DNA of 64,000 bases, taken from NCBI GenBank assembly GCA_964481775.1, contig CAYZUX010000001.1, positions 16,840 through 80,839 of the forward strand, in the 5' to 3' direction. A model generated the notes under the pieces. That model made no database searches. It worked only from the letters and a program-made list of their open reading frames with translations, and had not been told where the DNA came from. Positions 39,203-49,656 of the stretch are shown here, piece after piece (position 1 is the first letter of the stretch; the number at the start of each line of letters is the position of its first letter). The stretch comes from an uncultured bacterium (GTDB lineage Bacteria > Hinthialibacterota > Hinthialibacteria > OLB16). The position numbers and the translations under genes are program-made.

Positions 39203-40696
39203 TCAATAAAGTGACCAGTTACCAACCGAGGATGCCGGACTTGATTTTTGGTATGCACCGATGTCCGGAGTTGTGCCGCGTGGATTTCCCTCCACATCAG
39301 TGGCGATCCCCAGGTTCAAACCAGCAGCGATTGCGGGTGACCCCTCCTGTAGATGCAGGTCACCAGTTGCCTCGGGGTCGACAAACAATGGGTAGTTTAC
39401 CTGCGCGGTGTTGTATGTGTAATGGGCGCCGCGGGTGACATTGAGAATGCTTGTCGAGAAATCCCTCGCATTAGCCGAGTTGAAGATGGAATAGTCAACA
39501 TCGTAGGAAATCGATGTGGCCGAGCCGTATGTCGGCGAGACCTCCCAGGAGAATCCATTCGGTGTCCGCAAGATTGAGTTCCGGATTGTGGCGGTTGGAT
39601 TGTGGATTGTCAAACGTTGAGCCATCACCGAGTCGTTAATATTATTCACGCTGCAATGGTGCATGGTGATATTTCCACACGGCTCATGGATGTAAACACC
39701 CTCATTCGCGAAAACTGCAATGGCAACGTTCTCAAGAAGAATATTGGAGTTGTAGCCGAGGAACAGGCCAGTCCCCGCCCGATAGGCAGTCAGATCGTTG
39801 ATCATCTCACAACGGCGAATAATGAGGTTGGCTGGGCCTGTATTCGAATCCGGATAGGCATTGGTGAAAATACCATGTCCCGTCCAGTCGTTGAAGGTGC
39901 AATCCTCAAAGAGTACCGTGCTGTTGGGTGCCCAGTTGGGGGAATCAAAACGCAGAGCGATGCCGTATTCACCACCAAAGTGTGTGAAGGTGCAGTGCTG
40001 AACGGTCAGGTTGCCCATGCGATTCTGCGCGGCGCTGGGAGTTCCAGTTTCATTAGCCATGAGACGGATCGGATGACCGATATTCGAGAAGTTGCAATTC
40101 TGAATGGTCACGCCCGCATATCCGAATGTGCTGGTTACGCCACCTATCTCCACACCTGATGAAGCGTTTCCATTACCGAAATCACGCGGTGTTGCATCAT
40201 GCAGGTTACAGTTCGTGAGGGTGGGTTTGCCACCGTTATAGACGTCGATGATCCTCCCGGCGCCAAAAAGGTCAAGGTGATCCATAACAACCGTGGCTCC
40301 CTCGTAGACGGAGACACAGGCACGGTATTCGATGCCGTTATTGGCACTCATATCCACGGAGAGATTTTTAAGAGTGATATTCGAGGATTGATTGGCAATG
40401 TAGATGCCCTGATTCACCGCATTGGAGGCGGAAATCTTGACCACCGCGGGGGTTCCCGCGGCTGGTCCTTGCAGAGTCAGATTGCTTCTGCCAATGATCC
40501 CAACCCAATTGTCGTAATCACCAGCGGCGATATCGATTGTATCACCGTTGTTCGCGGCAGCTACCGCATCTGAAATAAGTGCAAAGTCATAGGTGGGTGG
40601 CCCGGCTGGCCCCACCGTCACTGTCGCTGCGAATCCGGGAGCAGCTCCAAACGCCAACACCAATGCCCCTATCCAAACACCTCTTCGACCGATCAT
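39203..40696 (-). CDS. Secreted right-handed parallel beta-helix protein
   Basis: Signal peptide MIGRRGVWIGALVLAFGAAPGFA. Coils include NITLKNLSV, TLTNCNLHD, TIQNCNFSN, TVQHCTFTH, LFEDCTFND, IIRRCEMIN and TMHHCSVNN. The C-terminus has GNPRGTTPDIGAYQ, typical of beta-helix proteins. Confidence 0.8.
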   Translation of the reverse strand: MIGRRGVWIGALVLAFGAAPGFAATVTVGPAGPPTYDFALISDAVAAANNGDTIDIAAGDYDNWVGIIGRSNLTLQGPAAGTPAVVKISASNAVNQGIYIANQSSNITLKNLSVDMSANNGIEYRACVSVYEGATVVMDHLDLFGAGRIIDVYNGGKPTLTNCNLHDATPRDFGNGNASSGVEIGGVTSTFGYAGVTIQNCNFSNIGHPIRLMANETGTPSAAQNRMGNLTVQHCTFTHFGGEYGIALRFDSPNWAPNSTVLFEDCTFNDWTGHGIFTNAYPDSNTGPANLIIRRCEMINDLTAYRAGTGLFLGYNSNILLENVAIAVFANEGVYIHEPCGNITMHHCSVNNINDSVMAQRLTIHNPTATIRNSILRTPNGFSWEVSPTYGSATSISYDVDYSIFNSANARDFSTSILNVTRGAHYTYNTAQVNYPLFVDPEATGDLHLQEGSPAIAAGLNLGIATDVEGNPRGTTPDIGAYQKSSPASSVGNWSLY

Positions 40697-41260
40697 TATT
40701 CGTACTCCTTAGCCAAGGGTTTTCTCCCGTCGTGCGGGATACGGTCCACCTCTGATGGACAACTCTACCAGGCACCTCGCATGCAAAACGTGAACGTTAA
40801 TGTTCTGGAATTATGTTTATCGTTCCTGTTTTGGATGTCAAGAAGAAATCCCGAAAATCTTCGAAATCAACCTTGAAAAGTTTCATAACCATCGTAAAAT
40901 GAATAGGATAATGATTAGTCCCAACTGGATGAGGGCTTTCTTTCAAAAGGTGGATACTCATGGGAATCGACCTACTGAGGCTTGGATAAAACCTTGGAAA
41001 AAGTCAAAAAGAGAATTAACGTTTAGCACATTCTCATAGGTTTTTTCCATATTACCCATCTGAGAGAGGCTGTTTCCAATAATCCGTGGAGAAAGGTATT
41101 TCGTTGATATCAACAATCAGGAGGGATTTTAGGAGGATTATTTGACTCGATGGTTTTTCTCCCTGTGTTGACAACGTTAATCTCCCTTAAGTAATGTATT
41201 CCCCACACACATCAGGAAGAGCTGTTCCGAGGACCACGGGAAACGTTTTTTTGGAAAGTC

Positions 41261-42301
41261 ATGCGTAGGACCCTTAAAGATATTGCCAATGAAGTGAATC
41301 TCTCGGTAAACACCGTTTCTCGAGCCTTACGGGGTTTTCCGGGAGTCAGTGAGGAAAACCGGCGTCGTATCCAGCAACTGGCAAAGACATATAACTATGT
41401 TCCTTCCAGGGATGCCCGGAACCTCGTTCTTCAGAGTTCTCAATCCATTGGAGTTCTTGTTCCTGACTTGAGGATCCCTTACCTGGGAGAGATCACCTCT
41501 TTTCTTCAGCAAGCCCTCCAGGAAAAAGGCTACTTCAGTTACGTTCTGACCACATCCGACAACACCGAGCAGTCAAGTAAATGCGCCGAATCCCTCGTGG
41601 AGCGACGGGTGGATGGATTGATTTCCATGACCGTTCTGACTCCCCAAACCATCGAAATGCTTCGATATCACCGAATCCCCCTGTTGTATCTGGTGGTTTA
41701 TGGGGGAGAGCTCCCATTGCACTTTGTTGGGTATGATGATGAAGTTGGGGGATGCCTCGCCGCCAAGCACCTGATCGATATTGGGCACAAGAGGATCGCC
41801 TATTTCACAGGGAACTGGGAGACTGATTCGTTTCGTACACCACGCTGCCAGGGATTCCTGAGAGCCATCAGGGAATCGAATGGGGCAGTCCAGCCTCTGC
41901 TGTTTCCCCATGTCTATGCGGACACTGCCAAAGCGGGATACGCCTGCTCACGCGAGATCGTAGAACGGATTCGTAGCAAAGAGGTTCAGGCTGTCTTTTG
42001 TGTCTGTGATGCAGTGGCACTCGGACTCATGCACAGGCTCTATGAAGAAAAGATCCGGGTGCCTGAAGATGTTTCGATCATCGGCTATGACAACATCGAG
42101 ATGGCCGAGTTTTCCACCCCACCTCTAACCACAATCTGGCAAGATGCCGAGCGGATAGCACGTCTTGGAACTATGTTGATTCTCCAGATGCTCGGTTCAG
42201 AAGAAGACTGGGACAAAGTGCGTCAGCAGGTTTTCCTTGAACCCACGCTGATTCTGCGCAAATCCACCCAATACACATCGTCTTCATCCCCAACAGTATA
42301 A
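41261..42301 (+). CDS. LacI-family transcriptional regulator
   Basis: N-terminal HTH (LKDIANEVNLSVNTVSRALRG) plus a periplasmic-binding-fold effector domain. It is divergent from the beta-helix/pseudopilin operon and convergent with the ABC permease operon. Confidence 0.85.
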   Translation: MRRTLKDIANEVNLSVNTVSRALRGFPGVSEENRRRIQQLAKTYNYVPSRDARNLVLQSSQSIGVLVPDLRIPYLGEITSFLQQALQEKGYFSYVLTTSDNTEQSSKCAESLVERRVDGLISMTVLTPQTIEMLRYHRIPLLYLVVYGGELPLHFVGYDDEVGGCLAAKHLIDIGHKRIAYFTGNWETDSFRTPRCQGFLRAIRESNGAVQPLLFPHVYADTAKAGYACSREIVERIRSKEVQAVFCVCDAVALGLMHRLYEEKIRVPEDVSIIGYDNIEMAEFSTPPLTTIWQDAERIARLGTMLILQMLGSEEDWDKVRQQVFLEPTLILRKSTQYTSSSSPTV

Positions 42302-42415
42302 TCCCCCTGTTCGCCAACTTGACAGGTTTTTCCTTCTTGGCTCATCAACCGATAACCTGCACCCTGTTCGGCCTTGATATAGCAGTGCTTCACCGCCTTT
42401 TCTTCGAGTCCGTTT

Positions 42416-42520
42416 GTGGATTCCCGCTTTCGCGGAGTTGACGAGACAAGCAAATTTCCTCGTAAATCGTCTTTCCCGCGAAAGCGGGAATCCACGGTTG
42501 CCACTCTTTTCAACAGGCTG
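42416..42520 (+). repeat. Palindromic intergenic repeat element, copy 1 (long hairpin)
   Basis: Arms gtggattcccgctttcgcggagttgacgaga and tcgtctttcccgcgaaagcgggaatccac are inverted repeats around a ~20-nt loop. The tail ggttgccactcttttcaacaggctgc follows. A near-identical element is at 63837..63945. It sits exactly between convergent stops (42301 and 42521). Confidence 0.8.
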
Positions 42521-43423
42521 CTATCCCTTGATCGCTCCAGACGCAAGGCCGCTGATAAATTCTTTTTGAAGAAGGAAGAAAAGAAAGATAACAGGCAGCA
42601 CGGATAAAAGGGTTCCTGCCATGAGCGTGCCATATTCCTGTGAATAAACGCCCACCATCTGGTTGAGACCGATGGGGAGAGTGAAACGATCCTGAGAGTG
42701 AAGAATGATCTGGGGCCATAGAAAACTGTTCCATGCTCCCATGAACGAAATCAGTGAGAAAGCCCCGATCATGGGACGTGAGACAGGGAGTGCGATGTCC
42801 CAGTAAAGGCGGAATTCACTACAGCCATCAATACGTCCGGCGAACAACAGGTCATCAGGTATGTTCATCATGGATTGACGGAACAGGAACATTCCGAACA
42901 CACTCACACCACCTGGCACAATGAGCCCCATGTAGGTGTCCACAAGACCCATGTTGAAAATCAGCTCATACAAAGGTGCCATGAGGACCTGCGAGGGTAT
43001 CATCATGGTGCCCAGCATCAGCCCCATCACGAAACGTTTTCCCTTGAAATCATATTTGGCGAGCGCAAATCCACCAAGTGATGAAAAGAAGAGTTGGATG
43101 GTCACAGTAGTTCCTGCAACGAAGCAGCTATTCATGAAAAAGCGTAGGAAACGAACATCCTCAAAGAGCTGCCTGAAATTATGGAAGTCGATTTTTGGAA
43201 TTAAGGTGAGAAGCCAGATCCCGATGGAAGTGATCCCTCCCCCTGGCCCCATTATTTTCTGGATAGCTTCATCATCCATGAGGGGGGCAAAGAACACATA
43301 GTGAAAAAGATCGTCAGGTCCCTTGAAACTGGCCGCAACCAGCCACAAGAGGGGAGTCAGCATGATGACAGCGCTGAAGATCAGGGCGGAATAGAGCAGG
43401 ACCAGAAAAAAGGCCTTCTTCAT
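42521..43423 (-). CDS. Carbohydrate ABC transporter permease (MalG-type)
   Basis: EAA-loop DDLLFAGRIDGCSEFRLYWDIALPVSRP with 6 TM segments. Confidence 0.85.
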   Translation of the reverse strand: MKKAFFLVLLYSALIFSAVIMLTPLLWLVAASFKGPDDLFHYVFFAPLMDDEAIQKIMGPGGGITSIGIWLLTLIPKIDFHNFRQLFEDVRFLRFFMNSCFVAGTTVTIQLFFSSLGGFALAKYDFKGKRFVMGLMLGTMMIPSQVLMAPLYELIFNMGLVDTYMGLIVPGGVSVFGMFLFRQSMMNIPDDLLFAGRIDGCSEFRLYWDIALPVSRPMIGAFSLISFMGAWNSFLWPQIILHSQDRFTLPIGLNQMVGVYSQEYGTLMAGTLLSVLPVIFLFFLLQKEFISGLASGAIKG

Positions 43424-43424
43424 G

Positions 43425-44330
43425 CTAATCCTGCCTTTTCCACATGCCAGTCAGGTGGATTTGAAGCATGGAAATCAGAAATACGAGGATAGCGAGAGTC
43501 CATCCGATGGTTGAGGCAAAACCGAGGTCTCCGTTTACGAAACCATTCATATAAAGATACATCACGATGGTCAGACCGGCTCCATCAGGACCTGCGCCGT
43601 TGCCAAGCATGACAAAGGGTAATTCAAAAAGCTGAAAGGATCCAATCGTGGCCAGGATCATGACAAATACGGTCACCTCGCGAATGCCTGGCAAGGTGAT
43701 ATGCAGAAAACGCTGAAATGGATTGGCCCCATCAACGTAGGCCGCATCGTAGAGATCGAGATCGACATTCTGTAGCGCAGCCAGGAAATAAATCATGTTG
43801 AATCCGACATACATCCAAAGTGAAGTCAGGATCAGGGCTGGCATGACAAGGGAGGAGTTTCCCAGCCATTTGGTATCAAGATCGAGCCCAATCAGAAAAT
43901 GCAATGCCCGGTTCAACAGGCCGAAGTGAGGGACAAAAATAACAGAAAAAAGGACTCCCACGAAAACTTGTCCAACCAGGTGGGGAGAAAAAAAAGCAAA
44001 CCGGAAGAAATGACGTCCACGAACTCCACCCTGGTTCAGAAGCAGGGCAAGTCCCAGGCTCATGGGAAGTTGAACCAAAACGGAAAAGAAGGTAAAGATC
44101 GAAGTGTTGAAGACAGCCTTGTGGAAGTCAGGATCGGAAAGAAGGAGACGGAAATTTTCAAGACCCACAAAAACATGCGACTTGGGACCATCCGTGATAT
44201 AAAAAGCCAGGATGAGACTTTTTACAAGAGGATAAAGTCCAAAAGTCAAAAAGAGAATCAGGAAAGGGGAAATGAAAAGATAAGGGGCATACTTCTTCCG
44301 GCTGGCATTGGAGATCAATTCAATCTTCAT
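43425..44330 (-). CDS. Carbohydrate ABC transporter permease (MalF-type)
   Basis: EAA-loop YDAAYVDGANPFQRFLHITLP; polytopic. Confidence 0.85.
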   Translation of the reverse strand: MKIELISNASRKKYAPYLFISPFLILFLTFGLYPLVKSLILAFYITDGPKSHVFVGLENFRLLLSDPDFHKAVFNTSIFTFFSVLVQLPMSLGLALLLNQGGVRGRHFFRFAFFSPHLVGQVFVGVLFSVIFVPHFGLLNRALHFLIGLDLDTKWLGNSSLVMPALILTSLWMYVGFNMIYFLAALQNVDLDLYDAAYVDGANPFQRFLHITLPGIREVTVFVMILATIGSFQLFELPFVMLGNGAGPDGAGLTIVMYLYMNGFVNGDLGFASTIGWTLAILVFLISMLQIHLTGMWKRQD

Positions 44331-44335
44331 TGTGG

Positions 44336-45718
44336 TTAAAATCGATTCCGAGCCATGAAAAATCGTACTGAATCGGCAGCCTCTCTGAGAGTCCTTTCGG
44401 CAAAACCTTCAAAACCCGTGGGTCCATATGAACGATAATAGGCGGCGCAGGAAGACACAGCCTCACCCAGTTTCTGTTTTGCCGTGCTGACATACGGACT
44501 TGTATACTGGGGAGGGACTTCCTCGGCAAGGTTGACATACATGCGTCCAACCGGCTGACCAGACCAATAAGGATCAGGACGGTCAAACGAGGAATGGGTC
44601 CAGGCATCTTTCAATGGAGGTATGATGTTGGTCTCCTGGAATCGCTGCGCAAGTTCATCCGGCTGAAGGTATAACTGCTCGGCGGCCTGCAAGGCCAGAT
44701 CCCTGTGGGGAGATTTCTTGCTGATCGCAAGCATGGTTCCCCCTTGGGTGCTGGTTCTCCTTCCACCTGGAAACGCAACGGGCAGGGGACGGAGAGCCAT
44801 TTTTCCGGCTACCCGGGGGACATATATCTCCGTGGTTTTGCTTCTCCAGTCCGGGCAGAGAAATGTGAGAAAGTAACCTTTTTCCAATGCCTGTGTAAAC
44901 ACGCGTCCCGCGGCCAGGTCGGTCCCGATACGGTCTGGTCCAGCCACCAATGGAATATACCATTTCAGTGTCTCCAAGCCGATCTCATTGTCGAAGATGA
45001 GTTCGCCATCCTCGTTGAAATAACCTCCTCCGCGTTGAAAGAGGAACATCTCCAACTGCGATGAATTGCTGTCAGAAAGCTCAATGGCATACCTCTGATC
45101 AGGAACTGTCAGTTGCCTTCCCAGCGCAATGAATTCCTCCCAGGTGTTAATTTCTGTCAGGTCCACTCCCATCTCTTCAAATAAGTCTTTGCGATAGGCC
45201 AGCATGACAGGGCAAACAGCCTTGGGGAGACCATAAATGCACCCCCGGTTGCTGTATGGTGCCAGACGGGAATGGAGAATCCGCTGGTAGTAACCGCTTG
45301 ATATGAGCCATGGTTTCAGATCGAGGAATCCAACCTCCTCGAGTGGTCCTCTGAAGAAAGTTCCTGCGGAGCTGATCTCCACCTCGGCAAGGTCAGGAAC
45401 ATCCAGGTCTGCCCAGAAGGCCGCTCGGAGGCGGTGGGTCACTGCATCCGGGTGAACAAGCTGCAGGTCAACGCTTACCCCGGGATGGGCAGACTCAAAT
45501 GCTGAGATCACCTTTTTATACGAGTTCAGGTGGGTCAGGGCGAAACTCCAGAGATGCAGGGTTGCCAACTTGTCACCAGGAGGGTTAAACAAGAGCCACC
45601 CGCCAGAGATCATTGCCAGAAACAGCAGGACAGTAGGTCCTTTCCCAAAGGGGAAGCTGTTCACCAGGTATTCGGCTCCATTACCATGTGATGCACAATA
45701 CGCAATTCGACTGCACAT
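44336..45718 (-). CDS. ABC transporter extracellular solute-binding protein (family 1, sugar)
   Basis: N-terminal membrane anchor/signal (VLLFLAMISGGWLLF) and SBP_bac_1-like length and composition. It is first in an SBP-permease-permease set. Confidence 0.75.
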   Translation of the reverse strand: MCSRIAYCASHGNGAEYLVNSFPFGKGPTVLLFLAMISGGWLLFNPPGDKLATLHLWSFALTHLNSYKKVISAFESAHPGVSVDLQLVHPDAVTHRLRAAFWADLDVPDLAEVEISSAGTFFRGPLEEVGFLDLKPWLISSGYYQRILHSRLAPYSNRGCIYGLPKAVCPVMLAYRKDLFEEMGVDLTEINTWEEFIALGRQLTVPDQRYAIELSDSNSSQLEMFLFQRGGGYFNEDGELIFDNEIGLETLKWYIPLVAGPDRIGTDLAAGRVFTQALEKGYFLTFLCPDWRSKTTEIYVPRVAGKMALRPLPVAFPGGRRTSTQGGTMLAISKKSPHRDLALQAAEQLYLQPDELAQRFQETNIIPPLKDAWTHSSFDRPDPYWSGQPVGRMYVNLAEEVPPQYTSPYVSTAKQKLGEAVSSCAAYYRSYGPTGFEGFAERTLREAADSVRFFMARNRF

Positions 45719-45788
45719 CCTATCAGGAATGAGTCAGGAAAGGAATTCTCCAGTATGTGGGCCTTCACGATTGGATTTCTCAGTTCGA

Positions 45789-47768
45789 TCAATACAACGG
45801 CCAGTTCATCATGCCTGACTGCCTTGGAGCTGAAAACTTGACGTTGTCGATAACAAGACCGAAACCCTCCCCCGGATGAGACTCGGTTGGAACCCAAACA
45901 ATATTGGAAACTTCACTGAGGTTCACTCCATCAGAGCCTGTAGTAAATGATAATAAGGGGATGTGGATAAGTTTTGGTTGATCGATGTCTTCAAGCAGGA
46001 CATGAGGTTGAAGATAACCTTTGAATCCAGCGGCGACATGACTCCGGTCTTCCAGGCGAACGCTATACGAAGATCCTTCAGTTTTGAGAATGTTAAATTC
46101 CAGAGCTTCATATCCATTGAGATCCATTGTAACAGTCATGGAAGGACCGAAACGAGTTACAACCCCCGCGAAAGAATATCCTCCTTCGGCAGGGGGGATG
46201 GAACCGGTGGCTGAAAAAGCAGAATTGCTGTTACCCAATCCCGGATGGACGATTGACTTTGAAAGAGCACCACAGGGATTGCAGATTCCATTCCCGTCAA
46301 AGACCTCCCAATTTCCACCTATGTGGTTGCTAAAATCGTTATCCTCCAGGTCGTCAATAAGAATATCATTGATGATAATGGGTGTCGGCGTTGGTGTCGG
46401 TTGAATTTCCGACTTCTTTGTAAATTGAATATTGTCTACGGTTATGCCAAAAGGAGACCCTGAAGAATCTGTCTGTAATGTCCAGACAATCTTTTGGATT
46501 GCTCTGAGATCAACTGGATTGGGTCCATTAGCGAATAATGAGAGGGGAAAGGAAATTCGTTCTGTCTCGCCTGGATGAGTCGTGATAGGTATATTTGTTG
46601 AATTATAGGTTTGATGCTTGTCTTCAAGACGGACCTGGTAGGGACCACCCATGCTTACCGAAAAATCAAATTCAAGCAGGTGGAAGCGGGAAGCATCGAA
46701 CTGATTGTTTTGAATATCCTTGGAGAGTTCTGTGACGAGTCCTCCATAATTGAAGGATGGAGCAAATCCCGGAAGGGCCCCTGATGCCTGAAAAGCATGG
46801 GAACTGTTCCCAAGGCCGGGGACCTGCAATTGACCAATTATGGTTGAGGAAGGTCCTGTATCGTTTCCGGAAAAAGTGGTCCAGATCCCTTGAAGATTAT
46901 TTATATTATTCCCATCTTCAAAATGATCCACAACCAACGAATTGGGTGGAGATGTGGGAGGAAAGTGGAAAAAGTCTGTCACCAGGAACTCATCACCAAA
47001 GCCAGATTGGGGGGAATTGCCATCAATAAGCCAGAAATTGAATCGGAAATTTTCCTGACCGGCTGGAGGAACATCCGGGCCGTTGTTGGCCCAGTTATAG
47101 ATGAGATCTTCTGGCGGGGCGGTGCCAGGAAAATGGTGACCATGGTAGGTCGAAAACTCGACACGACCGGTCGTCCAGTTCATTATCAAAGTGAGCTCCT
47201 GGCTTGCTGATGATAGTTCGACTGCATATCGAACAAGATTTCCAGGAGTATCATAGGGTTGAACAACGAACTGTGCGTTAGTGGGATCCAGCGGATTCCC
47301 CCACCTGGAGAATTCAAAGTCCAACTCCCGATAATGATATTGGGGAGCTCCTCCATCCCATGTGAATAGTCCGGCAACCATATTGGGATCAATCCTATCC
47401 AATCGGCTGCGTGTTTGTATGACGTAGGTTCCATATCCAAGGTTTTCCTGCAGAACACATTCCGTGCAATACCATTTTCCTGACTGTTGGCTGATGGTTA
47501 GATGGAGTCCGTCACTGTCTGTCCAGATATCCGAGGCTGATCCGGAAAAATAATTTGGTCCCGGCCCCACACGAGACTCACTCTCTTTAACAAGCCATGT
47601 CCGTCCGGCGAATTCGAGGAATCTGGCTCCATAAACAGGCCCGGAAAAAAGTCCAATCAATTCCCATCCCACAATCATAATAGGATAGAGTCTTGATCGA
47701 TTCAAACTCAATATCAAATCCAGGTGCATTGTGAAAAAAGGTGCCCGTGCCCCGGAGAGGTGAGGCAC
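45789..47768 (-). CDS. Secreted GH16-like beta-jelly-roll glycanase (ExDxE motif) followed by two CBM11/CIA30-like beta-sandwich modules
   Basis: The N-terminal domain has YGTYVIQTRSRLDRIDPNMVAGLFTWDGG...YRELDFEFSRWGNP, where ELDFE matches the GH16/GH7-type E-x-D-x-E. Two C-terminal modules (VDHFEDGNNINNLQGIWTTF..ITVDNIQF and IDDLEDNDFSNHIGGNWEVF..LVIDNVKF) are separated by a PTPTPTP linker. Confidence 0.6.
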   Translation of the reverse strand: MPHLSGARAPFFTMHLDLILSLNRSRLYPIMIVGWELIGLFSGPVYGARFLEFAGRTWLVKESESRVGPGPNYFSGSASDIWTDSDGLHLTISQQSGKWYCTECVLQENLGYGTYVIQTRSRLDRIDPNMVAGLFTWDGGAPQYHYRELDFEFSRWGNPLDPTNAQFVVQPYDTPGNLVRYAVELSSASQELTLIMNWTTGRVEFSTYHGHHFPGTAPPEDLIYNWANNGPDVPPAGQENFRFNFWLIDGNSPQSGFGDEFLVTDFFHFPPTSPPNSLVVDHFEDGNNINNLQGIWTTFSGNDTGPSSTIIGQLQVPGLGNSSHAFQASGALPGFAPSFNYGGLVTELSKDIQNNQFDASRFHLLEFDFSVSMGGPYQVRLEDKHQTYNSTNIPITTHPGETERISFPLSLFANGPNPVDLRAIQKIVWTLQTDSSGSPFGITVDNIQFTKKSEIQPTPTPTPIIINDILIDDLEDNDFSNHIGGNWEVFDGNGICNPCGALSKSIVHPGLGNSNSAFSATGSIPPAEGGYSFAGVVTRFGPSMTVTMDLNGYEALEFNILKTEGSSYSVRLEDRSHVAAGFKGYLQPHVLLEDIDQPKLIHIPLLSFTTGSDGVNLSEVSNIVWVPTESHPGEGFGLVIDNVKFSAPRQSGMMNWPLY

Positions 47769-47838
47769 GGGCGATAAATCGTATCATCCCAACTGGTGGA
47801 GAGGTTGAATGGATGAATCCCGCTTTTGAGCATACAAC

Positions 47839-49596
47839 TTATTCATGAAGGTACCATTGCTCAACTGCGCTAGCGGGTTCTGTGCCAATAAAGAGCACGT
47901 TGTCAATGGTTAGCACGAATGGATCATCCCCCATATCGGTTTGGGGGACCCAAACGATTGTGGCGACTTTGGTTAGGTCAAGAGCTTCAGGACCAGTCGT
48001 GAATGAACTCAGGGGTATCTTTACTGTTGTGGTGGTATTTGGAGGAACATCAAAGTTGACATGGGGTTGCAGATACCCAAGGTACCCGGCAGCAATGTGA
48101 GGTGCATCTTCAATTCTCACGCGATAGGGACCTCCCTGGGAAACCTTGATGTCAAACTGGAGGTAGAGATGATTCGCGATATTGATGGAGGAGGTGGGTG
48201 TGGGTCCTACACGGACATTGACTCCACCGTATACGTAACCATCCAAGGGAGGCATTTGGCCCGTAACACAGAATGAGTATGCCCCAGAGAGCGGGACGCA
48301 ATCCGTGGCAATATGGATGGTTCCACAGGGGGATGGGCATGAAGCATTTCCGCTGAAGGTTTCCCAAAGTCCACCCAGTTCACAAATAAAGTTTCCATCC
48401 TCCAAGTCGTCGACAAGAACATTTTTGTCCGCTGGTAACGGCGGGATAGGAGTTGGAGTGGGTATAGGCGTCCCCTGGCCGGTAAAATAAACATTATCAA
48501 TGATCAAGCCGAAGGGTGAACTGTCACCCGGTGTCTGTAAATCCCAGATAATCTGACGGGCATCTCTCAGGTCAATCAGGTTTCCGCCATCTGGAGTACC
48601 GCCAGTGGTCAGATCCGCGAGGGGTATAATAACATGGGTTTCCACATTTGGGGGAAGATTCAGATTGATGAACGCTGAATTGTATGTGTTCAACGAATCC
48701 TCTACTCGGACTTTATAGGGGCCCCCATCGGTGACCAATGCATTGAACTCAAGGTTGATCGCCCCCGAAATATCCAAGGTCCCGAGTGGGCAACCTACCC
48801 CGCCAAAATTGTAACCCCCTTCGAGTGGAGGAAGTGTCCCGGATACCGCAACTCCCACTTCCGTAGAACCGAGTCCTGGTGTGGTAGGAGCAATGTTCAA
48901 GTGACCATAGGAGGGATTTGAAACACCATTGCCTTCGAAAACAAACCAGACCCCTGAAAGTTCATTTGTAAGATCCGCATCCTCGGCATCCTCCACCAAA
49001 ATCGGATCGATAAATTTTACGTTGTCGATTGTGATACCGAAGGGGACGCTGTCACCCGATGCTTGAAGGTCCCAGACAATGTTGGTGGCTGCTGAAAAGT
49101 TGATAGGATTTCCACCATCTGGTGCCGTAGCGAGTTTAGACAGGGGGATGATCACATGAGTGGTCAGTCCCTCAGTTAAACTCAGGTTCACAAATGCCGA
49201 ATTGAAAGTTTGAACTCCATCTTCCACCCTTACCTTGTAGGGTCCGCCGGCGGTGACCAGGATGTCGAATTCCAGGATGGTTGTGCCAGAAATATCTCGT
49301 GTTCCAAGGGGACACTGAACACCACCGTAGTTGAAACCACCTACAACGGGTGGTAATTGTCCGCTGACAACAATCGCGGTGCTGCTTCCTCCAAGTCCCG
49401 CCCCTGTCGTGAGGATCAAGTTGCCACCAGTGGATCCACTTCCATTTCCTTCAAAAACCGACCATGTTCCCCCAAGTTCATTCGATAAATTGGCATCCTC
49501 AACCGTATCCACAACGATATCTTGCGACAGGCAAGGTGTTGCCAGCAAGAGCAGCAGCAAAAAGAATGTGAAACCGAATTGTAACTGACTTTTCAT
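47839..49596 (-). CDS. Secreted protein made of four tandem CBM11/CIA30-like carbohydrate-binding-type modules
   Basis: Signal peptide MKSQLQFGFTFFLLLLLLATPCLS. Four ~140-aa repeats each begin (V/I/L)(V/I)(D/E)(T/D/A/L)(V/A/L)ED.. and end ..(T/I)IDNV.F. The last two are joined by a TPIPTPTPIPP linker. The same module type occurs in the neighbouring GH16-like gene. Confidence 0.7.
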   Translation of the reverse strand: MKSQLQFGFTFFLLLLLLATPCLSQDIVVDTVEDANLSNELGGTWSVFEGNGSGSTGGNLILTTGAGLGGSSTAIVVSGQLPPVVGGFNYGGVQCPLGTRDISGTTILEFDILVTAGGPYKVRVEDGVQTFNSAFVNLSLTEGLTTHVIIPLSKLATAPDGGNPINFSAATNIVWDLQASGDSVPFGITIDNVKFIDPILVEDAEDADLTNELSGVWFVFEGNGVSNPSYGHLNIAPTTPGLGSTEVGVAVSGTLPPLEGGYNFGGVGCPLGTLDISGAINLEFNALVTDGGPYKVRVEDSLNTYNSAFINLNLPPNVETHVIIPLADLTTGGTPDGGNLIDLRDARQIIWDLQTPGDSSPFGLIIDNVYFTGQGTPIPTPTPIPPLPADKNVLVDDLEDGNFICELGGLWETFSGNASCPSPCGTIHIATDCVPLSGAYSFCVTGQMPPLDGYVYGGVNVRVGPTPTSSINIANHLYLQFDIKVSQGGPYRVRIEDAPHIAAGYLGYLQPHVNFDVPPNTTTTVKIPLSSFTTGPEALDLTKVATIVWVPQTDMGDDPFVLTIDNVLFIGTEPASAVEQWYLHE

Positions 49597-49656
49597 GATT
49601 AATCCTCCATTCGACCATTTTACTATCCATCTGCTCATTTCCATGAGTCATCTCAG

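Noticed and set aside
41160-41185. LacI operator-like AACGTT-centred half-palindromes (ttgacaacgttaatc; ttaacgtttagc) upstream of the LacI gene
   Set aside because: Both are imperfect palindromes. They are plausible but too weak to call without comparative data.
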